From: Pseudomonadota bacterium
GTDB lineage: Bacteria > Bdellovibrionota > Bdellovibrionia > Bdellovibrionales > Bdellovibrionaceae
Direction of reading: 5' to 3'
NCBI GenBank assembly: GCA_041178425.1
Contig: JBEGVH010000010.1
Location: 128,001 to 192,000 of the forward strand
DNA length: 64,000 nucleotides
How positions within the stretch are numbered: position 1 is the stretch's first letter; each line of letters starts with the position of its first letter. The notes beneath the pieces are model-generated. The model saw only the letters and a list, made by a program, of their open reading frames with translations. It did not search any database and was not told the origin of the DNA. Below are positions 10,678-20,277 of the stretch, in pieces. Both the position numbers and the translations under genes were made by a program.

Positions 10678-10775
10678 TGGCCGGGTCCCACACAATGGCG
10701 CTCGCATCGAACTCCGCTAGGTCCGGAAGGAAGCAACGGCATTTGCGGGCTCATGTGCTGTGGATCGCCCGGCCA
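10678..10775 (+). ncRNA. ffs: signal recognition particle RNA (4.5S, small bacterial type)
   Basis: Conserved helix-8 motif TAGGTCCGGAAGGAAGCAAC; terminal pairing TGGCCGGG/CCCGGCCA followed by a T-run; classic position upstream of dnaX. Confidence 0.92.
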
Positions 10776-10801
10776 CTTGTTTTTTTTGAGAGGTATAGCT
10801 A

Positions 10802-12499
10802 TTGTCTTACCAGGTCATTGCCCGCAAGTGGCGCCCTCAATCTTTTTCTGAACTCGTTGGACAAGAGCACGTTTCCCAAACCTTGGTTAACGCTCTTAGG
10901 GCCCAACGAATGCCTCATGCTATTCTCTTTACCGGTCCACGAGGAACAGGCAAAACATCTTCTGCCCGTATTTTAGCCAAAAGCCTTTGTTGTTCAAAAG
11001 CCCAAGATTTTGTTCCATGCCATGGATGCCCGGATTGCTTAGATATTACTCAGGGTCGCCACGTCGATGTGATTGAGATCGATGGCGCCAGTAATAATGG
11101 TGTTGATGCTATTCGTGAACTTCGCGAAACCGTTGGCTATATGCCCTCTTCAGGTAAGTACAAGGTTTATATCATCGATGAAGTTCATATGCTTTCGACG
11201 AGTGCCTTCAACGCCCTTCTCAAAACGCTCGAAGAACCACCCGCTCATGTGGTCTTTATAATGGCGACCACCGAAGCCCATAAGATTCCTCAAACGATTC
11301 TTTCTCGTTGCCAACGCTTTGATTTTCGCCGAATTGCTACTCGAAAAATTACCGAGCATTTAAAAAAAATCTGTGAAACCGAGGGGTTGCCTTACGAGAT
11401 GGAAGCGCTTTGGCTCATCGCCCGCCAGGGTGATGGATCCATGCGTGATAGCCAGAGCCTACTTGAGCAGGTCATCACCTTCACCAATCGCGATATCAAA
11501 TACCAAAAGGTTGTCGAAACTCTAGGACTAACAGATCGCCACCTTGTCCTTGATACCTTACACGCCATTCTCGAGCGTAACCCTCAAAAAGTTCTCAGCA
11601 TTCTTGAACGATTTCACCAGACTGCTGCAGAACCTCATTTGTTCGCCCAAGAACTTATGGAAGTTCTCAGGCATTTAACCATCGTAAAAGTGGCTGGCCC
11701 TGCGAGCCAATTGATTGTGGATCTTCAAGACTCAGAGGTGGAGACCCTCTCACAGTGGGCTGAATCCTTGAGCGAAGAAGATCTACATCTACTCTTTGAT
11801 TTGGCCCTTAAGGGCGTTCAGGATATTCTCAAGGCTTTTGATGCCCGACTTGTATTGGAAATGGTTCTCTTAAGACTGGCATCGGCACCTAAAATTGAAT
11901 CCTTAGCAAAAATCCTGCATTCTCTCAAAACGATGGGAAATATTCCAACAGCTCCCACGGTGGCCTCGGCCCCCTTAGCAACAATTGCTACCACTTCACA
12001 AAACTCTGTATTGACTCAGGGCGGCGGAAACTCAGATCGATCAATAAGCCTCAACTCGCCCTTAAAAAATCTCTCTGGTCAGAAGGTCGACACAAATCTT
12101 TCCATTAACGATCAGTGGTTAAATTTTGTTGGACTGGTAAAGAAGGTTGATGGCCTGTTCGGTGCAAAACTTGAGAGCATTCTCTTTATGGGGCTTAACG
12201 ATAAAAAAATCACCCTTGGCATTCTCGATAAAATGCAATTTCTCAAACAACAGTTAACAGCCCCTCAAACTGCTAAACGGTTACAATCCTACGTTGATCA
12301 ATTCTGGGGACAAGGCTATGCTTTTGATATTCAAACCGTTAAAGACAAAAGTGCCGGTTTTTCAGCCCAGGCTTTGACGGAACAGAAAGAACAACAACAA
12401 AAGGATCAGCTCGATCAACAGATCCAGTCGCATCCTTTAGTAAAAACGGCTCAAGCTATTTTTAAGAGCCAAATTAAATCAGTTAAGGAGCTCCCATGA
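10802..12499 (+). CDS. dnaX: DNA polymerase III subunit gamma/tau
   Basis: SYQVIARKWRPQSF, GPRGTGKTS, EIDGASNNGVD, IIDEVHMLS, LLKTLEEPP, TILSRCQRF; TTG start. Confidence 0.97.
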   Translation: MSYQVIARKWRPQSFSELVGQEHVSQTLVNALRAQRMPHAILFTGPRGTGKTSSARILAKSLCCSKAQDFVPCHGCPDCLDITQGRHVDVIEIDGASNNGVDAIRELRETVGYMPSSGKYKVYIIDEVHMLSTSAFNALLKTLEEPPAHVVFIMATTEAHKIPQTILSRCQRFDFRRIATRKITEHLKKICETEGLPYEMEALWLIARQGDGSMRDSQSLLEQVITFTNRDIKYQKVVETLGLTDRHLVLDTLHAILERNPQKVLSILERFHQTAAEPHLFAQELMEVLRHLTIVKVAGPASQLIVDLQDSEVETLSQWAESLSEEDLHLLFDLALKGVQDILKAFDARLVLEMVLLRLASAPKIESLAKILHSLKTMGNIPTAPTVASAPLATIATTSQNSVLTQGGGNSDRSISLNSPLKNLSGQKVDTNLSINDQWLNFVGLVKKVDGLFGAKLESILFMGLNDKKITLGILDKMQFLKQQLTAPQTAKRLQSYVDQFWGQGYAFDIQTVKDKSAGFSAQALTEQKEQQQKDQLDQQIQSHPLVKTAQAIFKSQIKSVKELP

Positions 12500-12819
12500 A
12501 AGGTCTTCCAGGCGGAATGCACGCCCTCATGAAACAAGCGAACCAAATGCAATCTCGCATGAAGAAACTCCAAGAGGAATTGGCCGTCAGAGAGTTTGAG
12601 GGAACTTCAGGTGGCGGCGCGGTCACCGTAAAAGTGAACGGCGACCACAAGCTTTTGGCCGTCAAAATTAATCCCGATGTTATGCAAGCGGGTGATGTAG
12701 AAATGCTCCAAGATCTCATCCTTACGGCAACAAACGACGCTATCAAGCTCGCAAAAGACACTAGCCAAAAAGAGATGGAAAAAATCACTGGTGGCCTTAG
12801 CTTGCCAGGTCTTTTTTAA
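12496..12819 (+). CDS. ybaB: YbaB/EbfC nucleoid-associated protein
   Basis: MKQANQMQ, GTSGGGAVTV, DVEMLQDLI, ITGGLSLPGLF; dnaX-ybaB-recR synteny. Confidence 0.95.
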   Translation: MKGLPGGMHALMKQANQMQSRMKKLQEELAVREFEGTSGGGAVTVKVNGDHKLLAVKINPDVMQAGDVEMLQDLILTATNDAIKLAKDTSQKEMEKITGGLSLPGLF

Positions 12820-12844
12820 CTAAATGATGTTGGTTTAATCCGTT

Positions 12845-13456
12845 ATGTTAAAAATTGATGCCCTTGATAGGCTCATTCAAGAACTAACGCGGTTACCGGG
12901 AATTGGGCCTAAAACGGCCCAACGTCTAGCTTATTTTATTCTCAAGTCTCCCAATGATTTTAGTCAACGCCTCAGCTCAGCCATTGCTGAGCTGAGCCTC
13001 AATGTTAAGATGTGTGGGCTCTGCTTTAACTTTACAGACCGCGATCATTGCTATTACTGCCTCGATCATCACCGTAACGAAGATAGTCTTTGTGTCGTTG
13101 AAGAACCCTCCGACATCGCAACCATTGAAAAGTCACAAGCCTTTCGTGGGCGCTATCATGTTTTGCATGGAACCATTTCTCCCCTCGATGGAATCGGACC
13201 CGATCAACTCAAAATTAAAGAGCTTATCCGCCGTATTGAGGGCAAAGAGGATTCTCCTCATCCCATCCGTGAAGTGATCTTTGCTCTTGATCCAGATCTT
13301 GAGGGCGATACGACGGTTTTGTACATAAGTCGCCTCCTGCAAGGGAAGGGAATCAAATTGAGCCGCATTGCGCAGGGCATCCCTATTGGCAGCGACATCG
13401 ATTATATAGATGATAGAACTATAAGTAGAGCGTTGCTCAATCGAACAGAAGTTTAA
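12845..13456 (+). CDS. recR: recombination mediator RecR
   Basis: LPGIGPKTAQRLA, CxxC...CxxC, CVVEEP, YHVLHGTISPLDGIGP, EGDTT, SRIAQGIP. Confidence 0.97.
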   Translation: MLKIDALDRLIQELTRLPGIGPKTAQRLAYFILKSPNDFSQRLSSAIAELSLNVKMCGLCFNFTDRDHCYYCLDHHRNEDSLCVVEEPSDIATIEKSQAFRGRYHVLHGTISPLDGIGPDQLKIKELIRRIEGKEDSPHPIREVIFALDPDLEGDTTVLYISRLLQGKGIKLSRIAQGIPIGSDIDYIDDRTISRALLNRTEV

Positions 13457-13513
13457 GCAACACTTACCCAAAGGGAGTAGAAAACACTCCTTTGCCTAAG
13501 GAAGGGAAGGGTT

Positions 13514-14110
13514 ATGTCATTTGTAAATTCAAATGCGAAGGAAGTTCACTGTAAAATCGTCTATTACGGGCCTTCGCTCGGTGGAAAAACCACAAATATT
13601 CAGTGGGTTTACCAGCAAACCACCAACGAAAATAAATCAAAAATGAAATCCCTAGACCAAGAAGTCGAACGTACTCTCTTTTTTGATTTTCTACCGCTCA
13701 ATCTCGGAGAAATTCGTGGGTATAAAACTCGCTTCCATCTTTATACCGTTCCTGGGCAAATTGTTTACGATGCCTCTCGAAAATTGATTCTCAAAGGGCT
13801 CGATGGCGTCATCTTTGTTGCGGACTCTCAGGAGGAACGGATGGAAGAAAACATTCATGCCTTAAAAAACCTAGAGCGCAATCTAGAGCAACAGGGATAT
13901 GACATTCGCCAGATTCCCCTGGTCATTCAGTACAACAAAAGAGATTTGCCAAACGCGATGAAACTTCAAGAGATGCGTTCCACCTTAAACACCTACAATG
14001 CTCCCGACTTTGAAGCGGTGGCCAACGAGGGCAAGGGTGTATTCGAGTCTCTTAAAACCGTTTCAAAATCAATTATTGGCGTTCTTAAGGGCGGCGAGCT
14101 AACTCTATAG
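13514..14110 (+). CDS. mglA: Ras-like GTPase MglA
   Basis: KIVYYGPSLGGKTTN, RTLFFDFLP, HLYTVPGQ, VIFVADSQ, QYNKRDL. Confidence 0.95.
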   Translation: MSFVNSNAKEVHCKIVYYGPSLGGKTTNIQWVYQQTTNENKSKMKSLDQEVERTLFFDFLPLNLGEIRGYKTRFHLYTVPGQIVYDASRKLILKGLDGVIFVADSQEERMEENIHALKNLERNLEQQGYDIRQIPLVIQYNKRDLPNAMKLQEMRSTLNTYNAPDFEAVANEGKGVFESLKTVSKSIIGVLKGGELTL

Positions 14111-14207
14111 GGCTCACTGCAACCTGTCTCAAGTAAACCTAATTTGCTGGCTCGATTAGAAGTTCGACAGCAAAAGGTACTATTAAACAAATAAAGCTTG
14201 CCTCTGC

Positions 14208-14223
14208 TGGCACCAAGTTCGCA
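14208..14223 (+). promoter_or_regulatory. putative sigma54 -24/-12 promoter
   Basis: TGGCACCAAGTTCGCA, GG-N10-GC, intergenic, about 30 nt before the HAD gene start. Confidence 0.6.
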
Positions 14224-14254
14224 CTTCCGGGTGGCGTGACGGAGGACATCATCA

Positions 14255-14884
14255 ATGATGAGGCCAAATTCAAAAAAAGTTTTTGATAGCAAAGTAATCA
14301 AAGACTTTGATGCTCTCCTTTTTGACATGGACGGGACCCTTATTGACTCCATGCCCGCGCACAATCGGGCGTGGCAAATGGCTCTTGCGGAATTTGGCGT
14401 CACTGTCAGTAATGATGAACTTCTGGAACTGGCGGGGACCCCCAACAAGAGAACGGCAGAAATATTCATTGATCGGTACTCTATTCTATCAACGGCAGAA
14501 ACGATAGTTCGCGCCAAAGAAGAACTTTTTGAACGCGCCATCAATAACATCGACCTGATCCAGAGTGTGGCCACCATCGCTCAATCCTTTTTTAACCAAA
14601 AGGCTTTAGGTCTTGTCTCTGGAAGCGATCGCCAAAGCATCCATCGCAACTTGAGATTATTTCAATTGGAGCATCTCTTTAGTTGCATTGTCTCTAGTGG
14701 AGACACGGTGCTTGGCAAACCCTCTCCCGACCCCTACCTACTCGCAGCCCAATTATTAAAGGTTGAACCCCATCGTTGCCTCGTATTCGAAGATGGTCAC
14801 GCCGGTATTCTGTCGGCTAAACAAGCCGGAATGAACGTTATTTTGATTGAAAATGGACTCTTGTACCATTGGGAGAGCAAGTGA
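14255..14884 (+). CDS. HAD-superfamily phosphatase (YqaB/beta-PGM-like)
   Basis: FDMDGTLIDSMPAH, GKPSPDPYL, CLVFEDGHAGI. Confidence 0.9.
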   Translation: MMRPNSKKVFDSKVIKDFDALLFDMDGTLIDSMPAHNRAWQMALAEFGVTVSNDELLELAGTPNKRTAEIFIDRYSILSTAETIVRAKEELFERAINNIDLIQSVATIAQSFFNQKALGLVSGSDRQSIHRNLRLFQLEHLFSCIVSSGDTVLGKPSPDPYLLAAQLLKVEPHRCLVFEDGHAGILSAKQAGMNVILIENGLLYHWESK

Positions 14885-15996
14885 GACATCAATTCGGAAT
14901 TCTCCTATTCACGTTCATCATTAGCTCCGCGGCCCAAGCGAATCTCGATCTCTGTCGGGCGATCCTCAGCAGTGATCAATCGACCTCTCAATCGCTTTTT
15001 ATGGAACGAGCAACTTTTGGACCAGAGTTCACCTTTACGAATAGACGGCTCCTTAATGAGGAAGATGGAAAAAACTCTCCAGAAAAGGAAAAGATATTCA
15101 GCAAGGCAAGAGAGTTATATGAACAAATGTGCAAAGTTCGCAAAGACTGTAAGATCACTATCGGATACGACAAACATGGTGGAAACTTCAGAGTCACGTA
15201 TAATGATGGCTGGTACTTCGAGGTCGGGATAGATCAAGGAGTCATTGAGGCCCAAACGGTTAAGGGCACTTATCGTGATTTTCTAAAAAACAGAGTTCGC
15301 CTAAAAGACGATCTTTTTTATTTTATGAAATCGCTAGGACTCTTCCCTGATGCTGAGGTGGGCGGCGGCCACATTCACATTGGTGCTGATCTTTTTCATG
15401 AGGATCCAGTGCTTTTTAGAAACTTCTTCGCAGATTATGCTAATCATCCACAACTCACTGTTGGCGTTTTTAGTAACGACAACCCCAATCACCCTCCAAT
15501 CATTTTTCTAAAGCCCGAACAGCAAGAGGGATTTGTAAAAGCTCTTAAGACTTTCGATGCTGAAGAAAACCCTACATTGAAGAATTTTATTTGGAATATC
15601 CATAGCCTTGTTTACACGGAAGCCTACACCCCTGAATGGGGCGGCGGCGCCTATTACCAAGCCATTCGCTTAGAGAGAATGTTTTGGATCAATGGAATGA
15701 ATACCTTTGAGCTTCGAGGCTTTCGCCCACAAAAGTCGGTCGATGAGTTTTTGCTCCAGCTTGAGCTCATCGGTGCGCGAATGGATTATTTAAAAAAGAA
15801 TGGCCAACGCGTTTCATTTAGATTTAACGAATCCGACGCTGATCTTCGCCCTCAGGCCATCGTCGACAATTTCTACTCGTACGTCACTGAAACTGGCTTG
15901 AGTTGGAATAAATTTAAAGTTTTGCTTCCGAACCGATTAAAAACTCGGAAGCCATCAAAAACCAGGTTTGGTTTTATCTCAAATATATTCAAATAA
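14881..15996 (+). CDS. exported protein with putative amidoligase / carboxylate-amine ligase fold
   Basis: GTG start overlapping the HAD stop (GTGA); signal peptide ending AAQA; TFGPEFTF, DQGVIEAQT, GGGHIHIG, TFELRGF. Confidence 0.6.
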   Translation: MRHQFGILLFTFIISSAAQANLDLCRAILSSDQSTSQSLFMERATFGPEFTFTNRRLLNEEDGKNSPEKEKIFSKARELYEQMCKVRKDCKITIGYDKHGGNFRVTYNDGWYFEVGIDQGVIEAQTVKGTYRDFLKNRVRLKDDLFYFMKSLGLFPDAEVGGGHIHIGADLFHEDPVLFRNFFADYANHPQLTVGVFSNDNPNHPPIIFLKPEQQEGFVKALKTFDAEENPTLKNFIWNIHSLVYTEAYTPEWGGGAYYQAIRLERMFWINGMNTFELRGFRPQKSVDEFLLQLELIGARMDYLKKNGQRVSFRFNESDADLRPQAIVDNFYSYVTETGLSWNKFKVLLPNRLKTRKPSKTRFGFISNIFK

Positions 15997-16007
15997 AAAC
16001 TGTTTTT

Positions 16008-17789
16008 CTAACTCATCAGGCCCGCCACTACAAGAGCAGCGATCACAACACCCATAAGACTTTCGCCAGCGATAAATCCGGAGCTGACTGGAATTACACC
16101 TCTCTCAGCAAGCTCTGGTCTATTTTTTTCTAAGAAAAGCGTCAGTACCGCACCAATAAACATGGCGATCGTATTGTAACCAGGGCTCGTAAATCCCAAT
16201 CCGAAAGCGGCGGCAGAGGGAATCCACTTTTTTGCTTTTGGAAAATAGTGTTCAAGAAGAACAATACCGACCCCAACAAGAGCACCAACGAGAATCGCAA
16301 GCCGAGCCGTAGGATGAAGGGTTTCTATTCCCTTCGCCAAAAGCTCCGCGACACCTTTCCATGTTTGTGCGGCAGGAGCGGGCCATTGATCCGACCCAAG
16401 AACACTCGCATCTGGAATCAATAAGTGATAGGCGGGAACTACGAAAAAGGATCCAGCCACTACTCCAAAAAACTGAGCCCAAAATTGCTGCCGAGGATCG
16501 GCTTTCAGTAGATATCCACTTTTTAAATCAGTCAGTAGATCTGCCGAATGTAGAGCTACACCGCCCGTCGCGTTCGCCGTCATTAAATTAGTTGTTACAT
16601 TTCCAGGATCCAACACTCCGAACGTAATTTGAGTGATCTTACCTAAGGCACCAGTAGGGGTGGTATCTGTTTCCCCGGTCGCACGACAAGCAACAAGAGC
16701 AATAAAGAAACTCAGCACCACAGACAACAAGCCCATCCAAATCTTAATTCCAAAGTAATGCCATTCTAAGAAAACAACCATCGGGGCCACAACAACCATA
16801 CCCCAAAAAAACCAAGACATCGGAACTTCTTTGGCCATTTCTGGATCGACAGCCCCTCCCTCTTTATTAAAAGCATTACCAACACTTTTCATGGCACGAA
16901 GAACGGTTTTCCACTGGAGAGCAAAAGACAATAAACCACTCGTCAAAAGAAGAGCAGAACCAAACCAAACACTCCAACCAACAATATTTTTATAACCTAG
17001 TTTAGGACCAATAATCCCGTGCTCAAACAACCAGGGAGCGACAAACAAATAATTCACAACAGCACCCAACAACATGCTCCAGGCTGCTCTAAATCCCATG
17101 ATAGCCCCAGCTCCTAACATGATGACAGAGCCTTCCATTGAAATAGTGAAGTCCATGAGAGGGCGCCCAGCAATTGTAAGCGAAGGAAAAATAGCTATTT
17201 TTTCTGGAAGATTAAAAGGCATCCAAGATGCTTTTGCGTCTCTAAAAAAAGCCACAATAGCACCGATCGCTCCACTCCAAGTTAGTAGTTTTGCTTTTTC
17301 AGAACCGCTATTGGCGCCTTCTTCTCCGGTGGCATGGAGGGCCTTAAGAGTCTCTGCGGCAGCAACACCACTCGGAAACCTCAATTGCTCGATATTTATG
17401 AGCTGCTGTTTCATTGGAATCGCCATAATCACACCAAGAAACGCTATAGAACTGATCCAAAAAAACATCTGCATCATTCCCATGGTCTGACCAGTGATCA
17501 TCATAAGGGCCGGGATTGCAGCGATTGTTCCTCCTCCCGTCATATAACCAGCGGCGCTAGCCACCGATTGCATGGCATTATTTTCTAACATTCCAAAATG
17601 AGTTTTTACGAGTTTCAGACGAAATAGCACCGCAAATATGGCGTAAGCTAAAATGCCCGCCGTGATTGAAACACCAAGGCCCCAGCCCGTTTTTAATCCC
17701 ACATAGAGGTTCGATAAGCTCATGAACCCACCAAGACACATTCCGGCTATAACAGACCTTAGGGTCAGCTGTTTTTCTAATTGGCGCAC
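16008..17789 (-). CDS. OPT family oligopeptide transporter
   Basis: NLYVGLKTGW, ENNAMQSVASA, LRFPSGVAAAE, DLKSGYLL, SGFIAGESL. Confidence 0.93.
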   Translation of the reverse strand: MRQLEKQLTLRSVIAGMCLGGFMSLSNLYVGLKTGWGLGVSITAGILAYAIFAVLFRLKLVKTHFGMLENNAMQSVASAAGYMTGGGTIAAIPALMMITGQTMGMMQMFFWISSIAFLGVIMAIPMKQQLINIEQLRFPSGVAAAETLKALHATGEEGANSGSEKAKLLTWSGAIGAIVAFFRDAKASWMPFNLPEKIAIFPSLTIAGRPLMDFTISMEGSVIMLGAGAIMGFRAAWSMLLGAVVNYLFVAPWLFEHGIIGPKLGYKNIVGWSVWFGSALLLTSGLLSFALQWKTVLRAMKSVGNAFNKEGGAVDPEMAKEVPMSWFFWGMVVVAPMVVFLEWHYFGIKIWMGLLSVVLSFFIALVACRATGETDTTPTGALGKITQITFGVLDPGNVTTNLMTANATGGVALHSADLLTDLKSGYLLKADPRQQFWAQFFGVVAGSFFVVPAYHLLIPDASVLGSDQWPAPAAQTWKGVAELLAKGIETLHPTARLAILVGALVGVGIVLLEHYFPKAKKWIPSAAAFGLGFTSPGYNTIAMFIGAVLTLFLEKNRPELAERGVIPVSSGFIAGESLMGVVIAALVVAGLMS

Positions 17790-17871
17790 ATGAGCCTCCT
17801 TTTTTTGACAAAAAAATGGATAAGCAATATTTGCTACAGACTCAATAACAAAAAGGGTACAAAGTAAAAGA

Positions 17872-18243
17872 ATGAAAACAAAGATGCTGAGTTGGCTCTT
17901 TAATGGTCTTGGAGGTTTTTTTCTGCTCTTGGGAGTAGCTGGAATTTTTTTACCTCTCCTACCAACAACCCCTTTTTTGCTTCTATCAGGCTTTTTCTTT
18001 TCTAAGGGGTCTCCACGCTTTCATACCTGGCTCATGAATCACAAGCACCTTGGCCCCCCAATCCAGGATTGGAAACGGAAGGGTGTTATTCGCAAACCCA
18101 CCAAACTCCTCGCGTCGACAATGCTGCTTATCAGCGCACTTGTAATTTTACCTAAAGCCACAGTTCCCACGATCGGAAAAATTAGTTTTTCCTTTGTGGC
18201 CATTGGCGTCTTGGTCTTCATTTGGACTCGACCCTCAAAATAA
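17872..18243 (+). CDS. ybaN: YbaN/DUF454 family inner-membrane protein
   Basis: GIFLPLLPTTPFLLL...SPRFHTWL. Confidence 0.9.
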   Translation: MKTKMLSWLFNGLGGFFLLLGVAGIFLPLLPTTPFLLLSGFFFSKGSPRFHTWLMNHKHLGPPIQDWKRKGVIRKPTKLLASTMLLISALVILPKATVPTIGKISFSFVAIGVLVFIWTRPSK

Positions 18244-18366
18244 CAATAACGAAAGCAGTTCCCGCGTAGACCAAAGTGGAGGCAAGCTCGAAGGCTCACT
18301 CTTCCCTTAAGACCAAATACCCTTTTTTGCTTTGATAGCTTATTTAACGGTCGTTATTCTTAAATC

Positions 18367-19806
18367 GTGCACTCTCTGTTAAAAAAGATCTTTTTTCTCG
18401 ATTCACGCTCACTCGCCCTTTTCCGAATTTTATTGGGTTTTTTTCTTATTGCTGATCTTATTACACGAGTCGCTGATCTCACCGAATTTTACACCGATGA
18501 GGGAGTACTTCCTCGATCCGCTTTGGTTGGACAATTTTCAAGTCCTTGGGTAATTTCTCCTCTCAATGCCTTCGGACACCATTCGCTTATTTTTGTTTAT
18601 ATGCTCGTGGCACTCTCCGTATACCTCGCCTTTCTTGTTGGCTACCGCACCCGAATAGCGACGTTTCTCTCGTGGATTTTCTTTTGCTCTTTCTCCGCTC
18701 GCAACTCAGTGATTGCGCATGGTGGAGATGATCTCGTCCGACTTTGTCTCTTTTGGTCAATGTTTTTAAATCTCGATACGAAATGGGCCCTTCATCGACG
18801 TCCCAACTCGCCACAATCGCTTGTCGCCAGTATGGCCTTCATTAGCCAACTTTTAATGATGTACTTTGGGACCGCCCTCCTGAAGTGGCACCCGATTTGG
18901 CACACAGAGGGAACGGCCATCTATTACGCACTTAACCTCGATGGGTTTACAACTTCGATGGGGCATTGGTTTTCTCAGTTGCCCCTAGGGATACTGAAAC
19001 TGTTCTCTTTTGCAACTTTAGGTTTGGAGTTACTCGGACCATGGCTCTGGCTACTCTGCTTTCGCGAATGGCGGTATCGAACCCATATTATCGCGATTTT
19101 TATTCTCTTTCACTTGGGTTTGATTTTTACCCTCGAACTTGGACCATTTCCTTTTGCCTGTATCATTTATTGGTTAGCCCTTCTGCCCGCAGAAATTTGG
19201 CAAGACCTTGCTACCCGCTTTCCGAAATACCAGGACGGTTTGCGACCCGATGTCACCTTTGACGACTACCTAAAAAAAATCTCTATCGCTACTTATTTAA
19301 AGACGGTGTTTATTCTTATCTGCTGGGGTATTGCCGTGGCTTGGAATGTTGCCACTTTTTCCGATAAGGATTCGATTAGTCTATCACCCTATACTTATCG
19401 AGCTGGAAATATTTTACGACTTCATCAGAAGTGGGAAATGTTCGCACCATTCCCAAAAACGAGTGATACCTGGCTCGTCGTAAACACAAGGCTTTTTAAT
19501 GAAACCACGTGGGATATACTCAATGACCGGCCAACGAGTTTTGAGAAGCCTAACCATCTTGCCGATGATATGGTCGATACGCTCTGGAGAAAATATCTCA
19601 TCAATCTCACAACAGTTGCCTTCAAAGACCACTTACCCCACTTTAGCCGTTGGCTTTGCCGGGATTGGAACTCCAGTCAGAAAAACGTTAACCATAAAGC
19701 CATTCATTTAGAAATCTGGATGATTGGGGAGAGAACACCTCCCCCCGGTGCAAAAGCGCAGCCCCTTGAAAAATTAAAAATCTGGGACCACTTCTGTATC
19801 GATTAA
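18367..19806 (+). CDS. HTTM-domain membrane protein
   Basis: DSRSLALFRILLG, FYTDEGVLPR, LVGYRTR, HGGDDL, FHLGL, QKWEMFAP. Confidence 0.85.
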   Translation: MHSLLKKIFFLDSRSLALFRILLGFFLIADLITRVADLTEFYTDEGVLPRSALVGQFSSPWVISPLNAFGHHSLIFVYMLVALSVYLAFLVGYRTRIATFLSWIFFCSFSARNSVIAHGGDDLVRLCLFWSMFLNLDTKWALHRRPNSPQSLVASMAFISQLLMMYFGTALLKWHPIWHTEGTAIYYALNLDGFTTSMGHWFSQLPLGILKLFSFATLGLELLGPWLWLLCFREWRYRTHIIAIFILFHLGLIFTLELGPFPFACIIYWLALLPAEIWQDLATRFPKYQDGLRPDVTFDDYLKKISIATYLKTVFILICWGIAVAWNVATFSDKDSISLSPYTYRAGNILRLHQKWEMFAPFPKTSDTWLVVNTRLFNETTWDILNDRPTSFEKPNHLADDMVDTLWRKYLINLTTVAFKDHLPHFSRWLCRDWNSSQKNVNHKAIHLEIWMIGERTPPPGAKAQPLEKLKIWDHFCID

Positions 19807-19812
19807 CCCTCG

Positions 19813-20172
19813 CTATTCGCAGAGAATTTTTCCACGAGCGAGAAGCGTGATTTTTTCTTTTCTATCTGCGGGAGCAGTATTCCCAAGACCCGTGTCTTCG
19901 AGGGCATTCCAATCTCTCAAAAGAGGCATCGCTACTTCGCAGAATTGAGAAGTCGTTATTTTTCCGGAGCAGTGCTCGGCTTCGAATTGAAATAGTCTAG
20001 CGCGGAGAAGTTCACTCCGATTAATAAATCCTTTTCGTGCCATATCTTCAACATCCACTAGCAAAGTCGCTGCTCTTGCTGCCACCTCGGTGTCACCTTT
20101 TTTGCAATCTAAAAACGAGTGCGCATGCGCTGTGCCTGTCATTAGCATGAAACAGATAATAAGTTTTTTCAT
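19813..20172 (-). CDS. small secreted hypothetical protein (4 Cys in mature chain)
   Basis: MKK + hydrophobic stretch + AHA cleavage site; GGGGAGG RBS. Confidence 0.7.
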   Translation of the reverse strand: MKKLIICFMLMTGTAHAHSFLDCKKGDTEVAARAATLLVDVEDMARKGFINRSELLRARLFQFEAEHCSGKITTSQFCEVAMPLLRDWNALEDTGLGNTAPADRKEKITLLARGKILCE

Positions 20173-20277
20173 CTAAGGAACCTCCCCAATATTTGAACGG
20201 CAATATTCTTCTTAAAACAGACCCGGTCAACCAATTCTTCTTGTTCTCTTTACCTCTTCGTTTTATGAAATTCCCCT

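Noticed and set aside
10677..10976. 99-aa ORF upstream of and overlapping dnaX
   Set aside because: Overlaps the SRP RNA and dnaX in another frame; spurious.
11360..11370. A8 run in dnaX as a gamma/tau slippage site
   Set aside because: Lies inside the clamp-loader core (about residue 188), too early to give a functional gamma; no clear slippery site plus hairpin seen at the domain III/IV boundary.
13993..14577. 194-aa antisense ORF
   Set aside because: Antisense to mglA and the HAD gene, with no motifs.
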